The position numbers and the translations under genes were made by a program. Below, piece by piece: positions 9,129 through 19,094 of a DNA stretch of 42,641 nt. The notes beneath the pieces were generated by a model, which saw only the letters and a list, made by a program, of their open reading frames with translations, was not told the origin of the DNA and did not search any database. Where the stretch lies: assembly GCA_051155735.1 (NCBI GenBank), contig DAXETX010000074.1, positions 1-42,641 on the forward strand, given 5' to 3'. Numbering within the stretch: the first letter of the stretch is position 1; each line of letters begins with the position of its first letter. This stretch comes from Xenococcaceae cyanobacterium. Its GTDB lineage: Bacteria; Cyanobacteriota; Cyanobacteriia; Cyanobacteriales; Xenococcaceae.

Positions 9129-9860
9129 ATGAGCAAAACCATCTTAGTTATTGAAGACGAAAAAACTACTTTGAATAGTCTAGTAGAATTTTTGATCAGT
9201 GAGGGATTTGAAGCTATTGGAGCAGAAAATGGCAGAGAAGGGATCGAATTAGCCCAAAAATATCTTCCTGCCTTAATTATTTGTGATATTATCATGCCCG
9301 ACTTAGATGGTTATGATGTTCTTACCTATTTACAACAAGATGCTGAAACCGCAGCCATTCCTTTTATTTTTCTAACCGCTACTACTGATAGCTCTAGTTT
9401 TCGTTTGGGAATGGAAATGGGAGCAGATGATTATCTACGCAAACCTGTCACTAGTGCCGAATTAAGAGCAGCGATCGCCAGCAGACTACGGAAGCAAGAA
9501 GCGACGATTCAAAACTATTGTCTGCCAGAAACAGATACTAAAGAAGAATTACAAAATAAATTAGAACAATTGGCAAGCTACAGTAAAGCCCAAAGTTCTC
9601 TTTTACAATATCTGGTCAAAGAAGTACAACCAACTATTGCTCAACTCAATCAAGAAATTAGAGAAATTAAGCAAACCACCATAGATTCTGAGCAGCAAAT
9701 GCATTTAGATCATATGGAGCAAGAATTTACCAGACTTTTAGGCGTAATTAATCAAACTACAGAATTGCACAAAATCTTAACTCCTGAGAACACAAAGATT
9801 TTAAGTCAATTTAATTTTTTGGCTGAATCAAATAGCGGTTCTCAGAGCGATGAGGGATAA
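9129..9860 (+). CDS. Response regulator. It has a CheY-like receiver domain and a C-terminal ~110-aa coiled-coil/uncharacterised region with no recognisable DNA-binding output.
   Basis: 243 aa. Receiver signatures: acidic pocket VIEDEKT, phospho-acceptor Asp in LIICDIIMPDLDGYDV, a Thr in FIFLTA, a Lys in DDYLRKP. The C-terminal part is rich in Q/E/L heptads. Confidence 0.8.
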   Translation: MSKTILVIEDEKTTLNSLVEFLISEGFEAIGAENGREGIELAQKYLPALIICDIIMPDLDGYDVLTYLQQDAETAAIPFIFLTATTDSSSFRLGMEMGADDYLRKPVTSAELRAAIASRLRKQEATIQNYCLPETDTKEELQNKLEQLASYSKAQSSLLQYLVKEVQPTIAQLNQEIREIKQTTIDSEQQMHLDHMEQEFTRLLGVINQTTELHKILTPENTKILSQFNFLAESNSGSQSDEG

Positions 9861-9992
9861 AGTTGATTTTTTTGTACCTTACTCAATTTCCTTTAAACCA
9901 GGCTTTTTGTTGCGTTATGCAAAATCTGGGTCACGACTCAACTACAATTAGAGTCAAGTAAAATCACGATGTGACCTTAAAGAGAATAAATT

Positions 9993-10457
9993 ATGGGTAA
10001 GACTGTTGCTGAGATTATGACCCCTAATCCCATTTCGGTGACTCCTAAAACACCTTTACAAAAGGCGATCGCGCTTCTGGTAGAAAAAAAGATTAGTGGC
10101 TTACCAGTGCTAGACGAACAAGGTAAATTAGTCGGCATGATCTCCGAATCTGATTTAATGTGGCAAGAAACAGGCATCGAAACACCACCCTACATTATGC
10201 TGTTAGATAGTGTAATTTATCTGCAAAATCCGACTCGTTACGAAAAGGAAATTCACAAAGCATTAGGGCAAACTGTTGAAGATGTCATGAGCGATCGCCC
10301 GATTACCGTTCAAGGTGAACGCTCTGTCAAAGAAGCAGCGAAACTAATGCACGATAAAAAAATCCGTCGTTTACCTGTAGTCGATCCCGCAGGAAAAATT
10401 CTAGGTATTATTACTCAAGGGGATATTGTCCGCATGATGGCAGCAGACGAATCCTAA
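9993..10457 (+). CDS. CBS-domain pair protein, CBSX-like.
   Basis: 154 aa. Two CBS motifs: VAEIMTPNPISV...ISGLPVLDEQGKLVGMISESDLM and VEDVMSDRPITV...IRRLPVVDPAGKILGIITQGDIV. Confidence 0.8.
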   Translation: MGKTVAEIMTPNPISVTPKTPLQKAIALLVEKKISGLPVLDEQGKLVGMISESDLMWQETGIETPPYIMLLDSVIYLQNPTRYEKEIHKALGQTVEDVMSDRPITVQGERSVKEAAKLMHDKKIRRLPVVDPAGKILGIITQGDIVRMMAADES

Positions 10458-10495
10458 CTTTGCCCTGAATCCAGATTATATATAGATTAAAATCA

Positions 10496-11164
10496 ATGAC
10501 CATTACACCAGAATCGGTAAAAGAGTTATTAGATTCCGCAGACTTTGGCGATCGCATTAGAGGCATCAATCAACTACGACAAATTGAGCCAAAAATTGCT
10601 TTTGAGTTAGTTAAGCCCTTAGTTAACGATCAAAATACCCGGGTTCGCTATGCTGCGGTAAGTCAGTTAGATACTATTGGCGATCAAGATTTAACAACTT
10701 GTTTAGTGCTTTTACGCGATCGCCTGTTTAACGATCCAGAGCCAGATGTGCAAGCTGCTGCTGCGGATGTAATCGGGGGGCTAAGATTAACTGAAGCTTA
10801 TGACGATCTAGAAAATATCTATCATCAAACCTCCGAATGGCTAATTCAGTTTAGTATTATCGCTGCTTTAGGAGAGATGGGCGAGCCTAGAGGATTTGAT
10901 TTATTAATTGAAGCACTTAACTCAGAGAATAATTTATTACAAACCGCTGCGGTAGGCTCGTTAGGAGAATTAGGGGATAAGCGGGCTGTCCCTTTGCTAG
11001 TTCCCTTTGCAAATAATGAAGATTGGCAGATTCGCTATCGTTTAGTCCAAGCTTTAGGCAGACTAGGAGGAACAGAAGCAGTTACCACACTGCAAAAACT
11101 TGCCGAAGATGAGGTAGAACAAGTTGCGCAAGAAGCGAAAAACAATCTGCAACATCATAGTTAA
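10496..11164 (+). CDS. HEAT-repeat protein of the phycobilisome-lyase (PBS lyase HEAT-like) type. It may be NblB-like, but a specific assignment is not supportable from sequence alone.
   Basis: 222 aa. Repeated motifs (D/N)xxVRxxA(A/V)xxLG...: NDQNTRVRYAAVSQL, DPEPDVQAAAADVIG, NNLLQTAAVGSLGELGD, EDWQIRYRLVQALGRLG. Confidence 0.65.
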   Translation: MTITPESVKELLDSADFGDRIRGINQLRQIEPKIAFELVKPLVNDQNTRVRYAAVSQLDTIGDQDLTTCLVLLRDRLFNDPEPDVQAAAADVIGGLRLTEAYDDLENIYHQTSEWLIQFSIIAALGEMGEPRGFDLLIEALNSENNLLQTAAVGSLGELGDKRAVPLLVPFANNEDWQIRYRLVQALGRLGGTEAVTTLQKLAEDEVEQVAQEAKNNLQHHS

Positions 11165-11179
11165 ACTTGCCCTCAATAT

Positions 11180-12256
11180 ATGATTCCTCACCAATTTTCT
11201 AGTTTCTTGTGTGGTATGACTCTAGTTACGACTCTTACCGCATCCCCGACATTGGCTCAAAATAATCAATCTGCTACAGAGCAACTCAACGATCTGCTGC
11301 GTCAAGGAAAAGCCTATGTCGAAGCACAAGACTATGATCGCGCTTTGAGTATCTATCAAAGAGCCGTGGCTCTTGATGGCAGTAATGCCAAAATATTTTC
11401 TGGTATTGGTTATCTTCAAGCTCAACTAGGTAATTATTCCGAAGCAGCTAGAGCCTATCAACAAGCAATCTTACTAGAACCTGATAACTCAGAGTTTTAC
11501 TATGCCTTAGCCTATAGTCTAGGTAATGCTGGGGATAATATCCAAGCAGCAGAAGCTTACGAGCTAGCTATTAAATTTGCACCAGAAGATGTTAAAAATT
11601 ATATTGGCTTAGGGATTGTTTTACTGCGAGAAGCTGAATATGATCGCGCTATTGATGCTTATTATCGCATTCTGACTTTAGACCCGAATAACCCCGATGC
11701 CAAGCAACTGATGGCTATGGCTTTACTCCAGCAACAACGCTACTCAGAAGCGATTGAATTTTTACAAGAGGCGACAATTCAACAACCTAATAATAGTTTT
11801 TTGCAACTGCAACTAGCGGATGCTTTTATCGTTCAGGGTGATATCGCCTCTGGTTTAGATACCCTTAAAAAAGCGCAGAAGCTTGACCCCGAAAACTACC
11901 TAATTTATCTCAAGATTGCCAAAATTCTGCAACTACAAGGCGAAGAAACCGCAGCCTTGGAATTTTATCAGCAAGCAAGTGAGATTCAACCCAATGCGCT
12001 AGATGTTCAGGCAGAGATCGCTCAGATTTTTTTGAGTCAACAAGACTATCTTCAGGCAATTATTGCCTATCGCCGTCTTACCGAAATTGCGCCTGAAGAC
12101 CCCACAGGCTATCACTACCTCGGAACAGCACTTCAAGAAAGAGGTAGAACCGAAGAAGCTCTTGCAGCTTGGCGAACCGCTTTACAACTCTATCGCGATC
12201 GCGGTGATACGGCAAAGGTAAAAGTAATTAACTCCTTAATTCAGCAGTTAAATTAA
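11180..12256 (+). CDS. Secreted/periplasmic TPR-repeat protein.
   Basis: 358 aa. N-terminal signal-like region (LVTTLTASPTLAQ). Multiple 34-aa TPR units with the W/L-G-Y-A-F-A-P pattern (e.g. AKIFSGIGYLQAQLGNYSEAARAYQQAILLEPDN). Confidence 0.75.
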   Translation: MIPHQFSSFLCGMTLVTTLTASPTLAQNNQSATEQLNDLLRQGKAYVEAQDYDRALSIYQRAVALDGSNAKIFSGIGYLQAQLGNYSEAARAYQQAILLEPDNSEFYYALAYSLGNAGDNIQAAEAYELAIKFAPEDVKNYIGLGIVLLREAEYDRAIDAYYRILTLDPNNPDAKQLMAMALLQQQRYSEAIEFLQEATIQQPNNSFLQLQLADAFIVQGDIASGLDTLKKAQKLDPENYLIYLKIAKILQLQGEETAALEFYQQASEIQPNALDVQAEIAQIFLSQQDYLQAIIAYRRLTEIAPEDPTGYHYLGTALQERGRTEEALAAWRTALQLYRDRGDTAKVKVINSLIQQLN

Positions 12257-12374
12257 ATCCTAGCAATTCAAAATTAGAGCAGTAAATCCTAGCTCTTACT
12301 TCTTCCCTCCAGACAATTATGAGAAAAATATGAAATAATGAAAGAAATATGAAATAAAACACAATGATTTTTCA

Positions 12375-13364
12375 ATGACTCGAATTATCTTTTCACGAAG
12401 TATCTTTCTTGTTTCTGGCCTGGCACTTGGAGTGTGGCTTACAGGTTGTAACGAAACAGGAATGACTTCTTCTGGCACATCAGATAATCAAGAGGTCGAG
12501 ACGGCTACAGAACTCTCAGCCAATACTGAAGGGAAAAAGAAAGTTCTTACTACCTTTACTGTCTTGGCGGACATGGCGCAAAATGTCGCAGGAGATAAGT
12601 TAGTAGTAGAATCAATTACGCGCATCGGTGCAGAAATTCACGGTTACGAACCCACTCCTAGTGACTTAGTAAAAGCCCAAGATGCGGATTTAATTCTTTA
12701 TAATGGGCTGAATTTGGAACGTTGGTTTGAGCAGTTTTTCGGTAACGTTGCTGATGTTCCCGCAGTAATTCTCACCGAAGGCATTGAGCCAATTCCCATA
12801 GCTGAAGGTCCTTATGCTGACAAACCCAACCCTCATGCCTGGATGTCGCCGAAAAATGCCTTAATCTATGTCGAAAATATTCGTCAAGCTTTTGTCGAAC
12901 TCGATCCAGAGAATGCTGCAACTTATAATGCCAACGCAGCAGCTTATAGTCAACAGCTAAAAACAATTGATGGGCAATTAGAAACAGATTTAGCTAAAGT
13001 ACCGCCAAATCAACGAACTTTAGTAACTTGCGAAGGAGCATTTTCTTATCTGGCTCGTGACTACGGGATGAAAGAAATTTATCTCTGGTCAATTAATGCC
13101 GAACAGCAGTTTACTCCCAAACAAGTCCAAAGTGTCATTGAGGCAGTAAAAACTGATGATGTGCCGACTGTTTTTTGTGAAAGTACCGTTAGTGATGAGG
13201 GACAAAAGCAAGTTGCCAAAACAACAGGAGCGCGATTTGGTGGCAACCTCTATGTAGATTCACTTTCAACAGAAGCAGGGTCAGTTCCTACCTTTATCGA
13301 TTTGCTGGAATACGATGTGCGTACTATTACTAATGGTTTATTAGCAGGTAGTAATAGTCGGTAG
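12375..13364 (+). CDS. mntC: Metal ABC transporter substrate-binding lipoprotein (TroA/ZnuA/MntC family). Most likely the Mn-binding MntC.
   Basis: 329 aa. Lipobox LTGC after an N-terminal hydrophobic signal. Family-typical motifs VLTTFTVLADMA, IHGYEPTPSD, NPHAWMSP and the C-terminal DSLS. It is followed by the ABC ATPase and permease in the cyanobacterial mntCAB order. Confidence 0.8.
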   Translation: MTRIIFSRSIFLVSGLALGVWLTGCNETGMTSSGTSDNQEVETATELSANTEGKKKVLTTFTVLADMAQNVAGDKLVVESITRIGAEIHGYEPTPSDLVKAQDADLILYNGLNLERWFEQFFGNVADVPAVILTEGIEPIPIAEGPYADKPNPHAWMSPKNALIYVENIRQAFVELDPENAATYNANAAAYSQQLKTIDGQLETDLAKVPPNQRTLVTCEGAFSYLARDYGMKEIYLWSINAEQQFTPKQVQSVIEAVKTDDVPTVFCESTVSDEGQKQVAKTTGARFGGNLYVDSLSTEAGSVPTFIDLLEYDVRTITNGLLAGSNSR

Positions 13365-13493
13365 TTTAAGACGCTATACATCTTAAGGATTAGAACTTCA
13401 TTAGGATTTAATTTTTAAGTTTTTTTGTTTGAATCTATAGTTAATCGCTCAACTCAACACTTCTCTGCTCAGGATTATCAAAATTTAACGATT

Positions 13494-14354
13494 ATGCAAG
13501 CTACAACTCAACATCTTGATATTACAGTAGATAATATCAGTGTCACTTACACTAATGCCCGACTCGCTCTTTACAATGCTAGCTGTACCGTTGAACCAGG
13601 AACGATTACTGGTTTAGTTGGTCCTAATGGTGGCGGGAAATCGACTCTATTTAAATCGATTATGGGGTTTTTGCCACTGAGCCAAGGCAAAATTCGTATT
13701 GGCGGATTTTCAGTTCAAAAGGCACAAAAAAAACAGCTAATGGCTTATGTTCCTCAATCCGATGAAGTAGATTGGAACTTTCCTGTAAGCGTTTTTGATG
13801 TAGTCATGATGGGACGTTACGGCTACATGAATCTACTGCGCATTCCTAGTGCTAAAGATCGTCGGTTAGTCTTAGAAAGTTTAGCGCGAGTCGGAATGAG
13901 TGATTTTCGTCAGCGACAAATTGGTGAACTCTCAGGAGGACAGAGAAAACGGGCTTTTTTGGCACGAGCCTTAGCGCAAGAAAGTCAAGTGATTTTGCTG
14001 GATGAACCTTTTACAGGAGTCGATGTTAAAACCGAAAAGCAAATTGTCGATCTACTGCTACAGCTACGAGAAACAGGACACACGATTTTGGTATCTACCC
14101 ATGACTTGTCTTCGGTTGCGACCTTTTGCGATCGCACAATTCTCCTCAACCGCACCATCCTTGCTGCTGGAACTACAGAAGCCACTTTTACGGAAGAAAA
14201 CCTCGTCATGACTTTTGGTGGTTTACCAGTTAGTAGTTTGCGCCAGATGTCTCACAAGCAACAAGAAACAAAGTTTCAACGCCAAGATCATCATAACGCT
14301 TCCGTTTATCATCGCGAGGGAGGTAACATTCAGCAAAAGAGGCTAGATCGGTGA
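13494..14354 (+). CDS. mntA: Manganese/metal ABC transporter ATP-binding protein. It carries a ~35-aa His/Gln-rich C-terminal extension.
   Basis: Walker [13 protein letters not shown] signature [12 protein letters not shown], Walker [13 protein letters not shown]-loop STHDLS. I moved the start to the first in-frame ATG at 13494, because the track's 13425 start is a TTG. The stop overlaps the GTG start of the permease (GTGA). Confidence 0.8.
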   Translation: MQATTQHLDITVDNISVTYTNARLALYNASCTVEPGTITGLVGPNGGGKSTLFKSIMGFLPLSQGKIRIGGFSVQKAQKKQLMAYVPQSDEVDWNFPVSVFDVVMMGRYGYMNLLRIPSAKDRRLVLESLARVGMSDFRQRQIGELSGGQRKRAFLARALAQESQVILLDEPFTGVDVKTEKQIVDLLLQLRETGHTILVSTHDLSSVATFCDRTILLNRTILAAGTTEATFTEENLVMTFGGLPVSSLRQMSHKQQETKFQRQDHHNASVYHREGGNIQQKRLDR

Positions 14355-15241
14355 ATCATTTAATCGCTGCAATTCCCCTAATAGATTGGATTCTTGAACC
14401 TCTACAATATGGGTTTCTCGTTCAAGCTATTTGGCTTAGTGCCTTTGTCGGTCTAGTCTGTGCCGTGCTTTCTTGCTATATTACCCTCAAAGGTTGGTCG
14501 CTAATGGGAGATGCTGTCTCTCACTCGGTCGTCCCTGGAGTAGTAGTAGCCTATGCTTTAAATATTCCCTTTGCGGTAGGAGCTTTTCTCTTTGGCTTTG
14601 GCTCAATTGTTGCCATCGGCTACATCAAATCTAAAACTCGCCTCAAAGAAGATGCGGTAATTGGTATCGTGTTTACAGGATTCTTTGCTTTTGGTTTAGT
14701 GCTGGTAACAAAAATTCCTAGTAATGTTGACCTATTTCATATTCTGTTTGGTAATGTCCTGGGTATTTCCGAGCAAGATATTATTCAAACTCTGATTGCT
14801 GGGACGATTACTTTAGTAGTAATTATGTTGCGACGCAAAGACCTCTTATTATTTTGTTTCGATCCCAATCACGCTCAAGCCATTGGTTTAAACACCCAGT
14901 TGATGTACTACACTCTTCTTTCGGTGCTAGCTCTTACGATCGTCACGGCTTTACAAACTGCTGGGATTATTCTCGTGATTGCCATGTTGGTAACACCAGG
15001 CTCAATCGCCTATCTATTGACAGACCGCTTTGACCAAATGCTCGGAATTTCTATTGCTAGTAGTGTTTTTGCCAGTGTCGGAGGAACTTATCTTAGCTAT
15101 CATCTCGATGTCTCCACAGGAGGAGCAATTGTGGTACTTTTGACAGGAATATTTGTCTTAGTTATGATATTCGCCCCTAAATACGGTATTTTGGCGCAAA
15201 ATTCGCAACGTCAAGCCAATCTAGTTATCGATGATCCATAA
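14351..15241 (+). CDS. mntB: Manganese/metal ABC transporter permease (ABC-3 family).
   Basis: 296 aa. About 8-9 hydrophobic helices. It starts at a GTG that overlaps the mntA stop by 4 nt (translational coupling). Confidence 0.8.
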   Translation: MNHLIAAIPLIDWILEPLQYGFLVQAIWLSAFVGLVCAVLSCYITLKGWSLMGDAVSHSVVPGVVVAYALNIPFAVGAFLFGFGSIVAIGYIKSKTRLKEDAVIGIVFTGFFAFGLVLVTKIPSNVDLFHILFGNVLGISEQDIIQTLIAGTITLVVIMLRRKDLLLFCFDPNHAQAIGLNTQLMYYTLLSVLALTIVTALQTAGIILVIAMLVTPGSIAYLLTDRFDQMLGISIASSVFASVGGTYLSYHLDVSTGGAIVVLLTGIFVLVMIFAPKYGILAQNSQRQANLVIDDP

Positions 15242-15258
15242 AAATTTAGTCAATTTTA

Positions 15259-16014
15259 TTAATTATTCACTTTGCCAAATCTTCGATCGCGTTTTTGGTA
15301 AGCAACTAAAGCTTGATAAAATTCTAAACGATTAAAATCTGGCCAGAGAGTTTGGGTGACATAAATTTCCGCATAAGCCATTTGCCATAATAAAAAATTA
15401 CTAATCCGCATTTCGCCACTAGTTCTAATCAGGAGATCGGGATTAATTAGACCGTGAGTATAAAGATGTTGCTCAAACAAAGCTTCATCAATCTCTTCTA
15501 CTTGTAAATAGCCCTGTTCTACTTTTGAGGCGATCGCCTGACAAGCTTGGATAATTTCTTGTCTGCCACCGTAGTTCGTTGCTACCGTAAACTGAATCCC
15601 TGAGTTATTTTGCGTATCTGCCATCGAGCGAGCAATTTCTTGTTGCAGGGACTTGGGCAGGGCTGCTAAATTTCCGACAAAGCGGATACGGACATTTTCT
15701 GCGATCATTTCTTGCAATTCTCGCCGTAATACTCTTTCAAATAAAGTCATCAAAAACTCGACTTCTTCGAGGGGACGACCCCAATTTTCGGTAGAAAAGG
15801 CATAAGCGGTTAAAGCTGGGACCCCCCAATCGCGACAACAGCGTAACAAGTCTTTGAGTGTATCTACCCCTTTTTGGTGACCCATAATCCGAGGTCTGCC
15901 TTTTTGTTTTGCCCAACGACCGTTACCATCCATGATTACTGCCACGTGTTGCGGTAGGCGATCGCGGTCTAGGTCGGAAGGTAATTGCATTAAAGAAAGA
16001 GGATCGACGCTCAT
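15259..16014 (-). CDS. uppS: Undecaprenyl-diphosphate synthase (cis-prenyltransferase).
   Basis: 251 aa. Family motifs: [41 protein letters not shown]. Confidence 0.9.
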   Translation of the reverse strand: MSVDPLSLMQLPSDLDRDRLPQHVAVIMDGNGRWAKQKGRPRIMGHQKGVDTLKDLLRCCRDWGVPALTAYAFSTENWGRPLEEVEFLMTLFERVLRRELQEMIAENVRIRFVGNLAALPKSLQQEIARSMADTQNNSGIQFTVATNYGGRQEIIQACQAIASKVEQGYLQVEEIDEALFEQHLYTHGLINPDLLIRTSGEMRISNFLLWQMAYAEIYVTQTLWPDFNRLEFYQALVAYQKRDRRFGKVNN

Positions 16015-16081
16015 CGGTAATTACAAAGATAAATTTGCCAGATTCAAGCTTGAGAATACTTAATAAAGCGAAAAATTGGGG

Positions 16082-17005
16082 TTAATTTTTTTTCTCGTGA
16101 GAGGTAGAAGATGATAAACGGAACATCCGCTTAAATAATCTTTGTCCTTGGAAACCAAGTTTGCGACTTAGACGAACGGCATTTTTTTCAACAGTAGGAG
16201 TAAATTTAGCTTGTAACAATTCTTTTAGTTTACTACTGGTTAAAGGACGATTTAAAATCCCTTTTTCTGCCAGAGAAATTGAACCAGTTTCTTCTGAGAC
16301 GACAATACAAATGCATTTTTCACTCCTTTCAGTAATGCCCATAGCTGCCCGATGCCGAGTTCCCAACTGACGCGAAGCACTACGCTCTGATAAAGGTAAA
16401 ATTACCGCAGCTGAAACAATCCGAGAACCACGAATTAATACTGCACCATCGTGAAGCAAGGTAGTAGTTTGAAAAATAGTTTGTAATAATTCCTTAGAGA
16501 TTTCTGCATTCAAAGGAACTCCAGGGGAAACAAAATCTTCATCATCAAAAGCCCCAGAAGTTTCGATTAACATTAAAGCTCCTGTCCGATTTTGGGATAA
16601 TTCTTTAACTGCTTCGACGATGCGATCTGTAGTGCTATCGGGTTGCAAACTTTGTCTTCCTGAAGATTGAAAGAGTTGTAATATTTCTCCTCTGCCGATC
16701 TGTTCGAGAAATCGCCGTAATTGGGATTGAAAAATCACTGCCATTGCCACAGCAGCCCCTAACACTAATTTTTCTAACAGAGAACCTAGTAAGGCAAGAC
16801 CAACACTTTTGCTAACTACTGTCGCTAACATCAGGATGATAAAACCTCTGACCATCCATAAGCTGCGACGCTCTCCTTCGCCGATAATCACTAGCAGCGC
16901 ATAGCTCAGAGCCAGTACCAACCCGAAGTCGATACTGGTAGGAAGCCAGGCAGGAATCCTAGAGAGAATCCAGCTTAAGTCAGGAACAAAACCCGACAAT
17001 AACAT
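16082..17005 (-). CDS. cdaA: Diadenylate cyclase (c-di-AMP synthase) CdaA. It has an N-terminal membrane anchor and a DAC domain.
   Basis: 307 aa. Three N-terminal TM helices, then DAC motifs TGALMLIE, LHDGAVLIRG, LGTRHRAAMGITE. Confidence 0.85.
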   Translation of the reverse strand: MLLSGFVPDLSWILSRIPAWLPTSIDFGLVLALSYALLVIIGEGERRSLWMVRGFIILMLATVVSKSVGLALLGSLLEKLVLGAAVAMAVIFQSQLRRFLEQIGRGEILQLFQSSGRQSLQPDSTTDRIVEAVKELSQNRTGALMLIETSGAFDDEDFVSPGVPLNAEISKELLQTIFQTTTLLHDGAVLIRGSRIVSAAVILPLSERSASRQLGTRHRAAMGITERSEKCICIVVSEETGSISLAEKGILNRPLTSSKLKELLQAKFTPTVEKNAVRLSRKLGFQGQRLFKRMFRLSSSTSHEKKN

Positions 17006-17128
17006 TACTTTAATTAACTTAGAAATGAGTGACTGTTAGATACTTGTGCTTTGAACTTCAAAACACAAGCTAGATTTAGAAAAGTCTTCTCGAACTACAG
17101 ATTACATAATAATCAATTAAACGCCATA

Positions 17129-18550
17129 CTAATTTGAAGAACTGGGGGAATTACTCAATCTCTCTGGTAGGCGATCGCGTTCTAAGAGATTTTGATAAGT
17201 TTCCCGTTCAATAATTAAATTAGCTTCACCTTGATTAACTAGGATGGCTGCGGGTCGTCCGATCCGATTATAATTTGATGCCATGCTGTAATTGTAAGCT
17301 CCAGTTGCCATAACTACCAAGATGTCTCCTGGTTCTGTGATCGGCATCGTAGCATCTTTGATTACGATATCTCCCGACTCACAATGCTTTCCCGCGATTG
17401 TTACCGTTTCGGTTAGCGGTGCTGACATTTTATTGGCTACCACAGCGCGATACACAGACTGATAAGTAATAGGGCGCGGATTATCCGACATTCCACCATC
17501 TACAGTAAGATATTGGCGAATTCCTGGTACTGCTTTATTACTACCGATAGTGTAAGCTGTGACGCAAGCACTTCCGATTAAGGAGCGTCCTGGTTCAGCA
17601 ATTAGTTTAGGTAGGTCGAGTTGATAGCGACTGCAAGCAGATTCTACCGCACTAGCGACCGCTTTAACCCATTCAGTAATACTAGGAGGGTCATCGGATT
17701 CAGTGTAGCAAATTCCCAAACCACCTCCAACATTGAGGGTTGTCGCTGGTAAACCATAACCTTGCGCTTTTTTCAACCACTGCACTAAGACATCTGCTAA
17801 ATCTTGGTGGGGTTGACGCTCAAAAATTTGTGAACCAATATGAGCGTGTATGCCAACACATTCTAAACCAGGTTGCTGCGCCACAAAAGCCAAAACGGAC
17901 TCAATTTGATTGGGATCGAAGCCAAACTTACTGTCTAGATGACCTGTCCGAATATACTCATGAGTATGACATTCAATCCCTGGCGTAAGTCGTAATAAGA
18001 TTTTGATGGGAGTGTTATTACTAAAAGCTGCTGCTATCTGAGTCAAGGTTTTTAATTCTAGCCAGTTATCGACAATAATTTGACAGCCTTTACTAGCAGC
18101 AAATTCTAACTCCGCAGCAGATTTATTATTGCCATGAAAATAAATATTTTCGCTGCTTACTCCTGCTTGGAGAGTTGTATAAATTTCGCCTCCTGATACT
18201 ACATCAAAGCCTAAGCCTTCACTGTTGATAATGCTGCATACGGCTAGACAACTCCAAGCTTTAGAGGCGTAAATTACTTGAGATTCACCTGAGTAGTATT
18301 GAGTAAAACCATCACGATATTGCCGACACGCGGTTCTGAGAGTTACCTCATCGAGAATATACAAAGGGGAATCATATCGCTCGACTAAACTTGTAACTTC
18401 GCAGCCACCAATTTCTAAATTATCTTTGCTGTTAACTTTTGCGGTTAGGGGTAATAATTGTTGATTTGGAGATGGTAGAGCATCCCAACTATCGATCTGA
18501 GGTAAGTAACGATATCCTGAATTTTGGGAACTGCGGTCTGTCGAGAGCAT
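17129..18550 (-). CDS. lysA: Diaminopimelate decarboxylase.
   Basis: 473 aa. PLP-dependent fold III decarboxylase motifs (YASKAW, GFDVVSGGE, HIGSQI, EPGRSL, YLTVDGGMSDNPRP). Confidence 0.9.
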   Translation of the reverse strand: MLSTDRSSQNSGYRYLPQIDSWDALPSPNQQLLPLTAKVNSKDNLEIGGCEVTSLVERYDSPLYILDEVTLRTACRQYRDGFTQYYSGESQVIYASKAWSCLAVCSIINSEGLGFDVVSGGEIYTTLQAGVSSENIYFHGNNKSAAELEFAASKGCQIIVDNWLELKTLTQIAAAFSNNTPIKILLRLTPGIECHTHEYIRTGHLDSKFGFDPNQIESVLAFVAQQPGLECVGIHAHIGSQIFERQPHQDLADVLVQWLKKAQGYGLPATTLNVGGGLGICYTESDDPPSITEWVKAVASAVESACSRYQLDLPKLIAEPGRSLIGSACVTAYTIGSNKAVPGIRQYLTVDGGMSDNPRPITYQSVYRAVVANKMSAPLTETVTIAGKHCESGDIVIKDATMPITEPGDILVVMATGAYNYSMASNYNRIGRPAAILVNQGEANLIIERETYQNLLERDRLPERLSNSPSSSN

Positions 18551-18641
18551 AATTGATGAGTTTCTAAGTGAAAATAGCGTAAGATACTATCATCTAATTT
18601 TATAGGCTGATGGTCTGGTTGCAGTGGTGAGAATTAAAATT

Positions 18642-19094
18642 TTACTCTGAGACATAAATTCTTTCTACATCAAAACTTTCAATATTATCTTCAAAGCGAT
18701 TTAAAATAAGGCGCATTTCTTGATAAGACTTGGCGATAGAAATACCTTGAGGACTAGAACACTTAACTTGTAGTAAGATTTGAAATAAACCATATTGTTG
18801 ACTTGCATAGAAACTTTTTGGACAATTAGGACTAATAAACCCTTCAATTGCCAATTGATTAAGAGCAGCAATACCTAAAGGACTATTTAAAATATAATTC
18901 CAAGTCTTTGTTATTTCTGCTTCTGTCATTGGTCGCCATTTTTCAGAACTAGGAGGCTGATTATCAGTAGCAGCTTGAGTTATTTGATAAATTGGATAAT
19001 TAACTAGAGGTTGAGTTTGAATACTACTAACGAATAGTACAGAAATCACCGAAATAATTATAATTAAAGAGAACAGTTTATTTAATTTCTTCAC
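18642..19094 (-). CDS. Hypothetical small exported/membrane-anchored protein.
   Basis: 150 aa. N-terminal KK + hydrophobic helix (LFSLIIIISVISVLFVSSI). No recognisable domain. It is AT-rich and flanked by very AT-rich non-coding DNA. Confidence 0.35.
   Translation of the reverse strand: MKKLNKLFSLIIIISVISVLFVSSIQTQPLVNYPIYQITQAATDNQPPSSEKWRPMTEAEITKTWNYILNSPLGIAALNQLAIEGFISPNCPKSFYASQQYGLFQILLQVKCSSPQGISIAKSYQEMRLILNRFEDNIESFDVERIYVSE

Noticed and set aside
13425-13493. Upstream extension of mntA from a TTG start (track coordinates)
   Set aside because: An in-frame ATG at 13494 is followed directly by the conserved ATPase N-terminus. The extra 23 residues have no counterpart in ABC ATPases.
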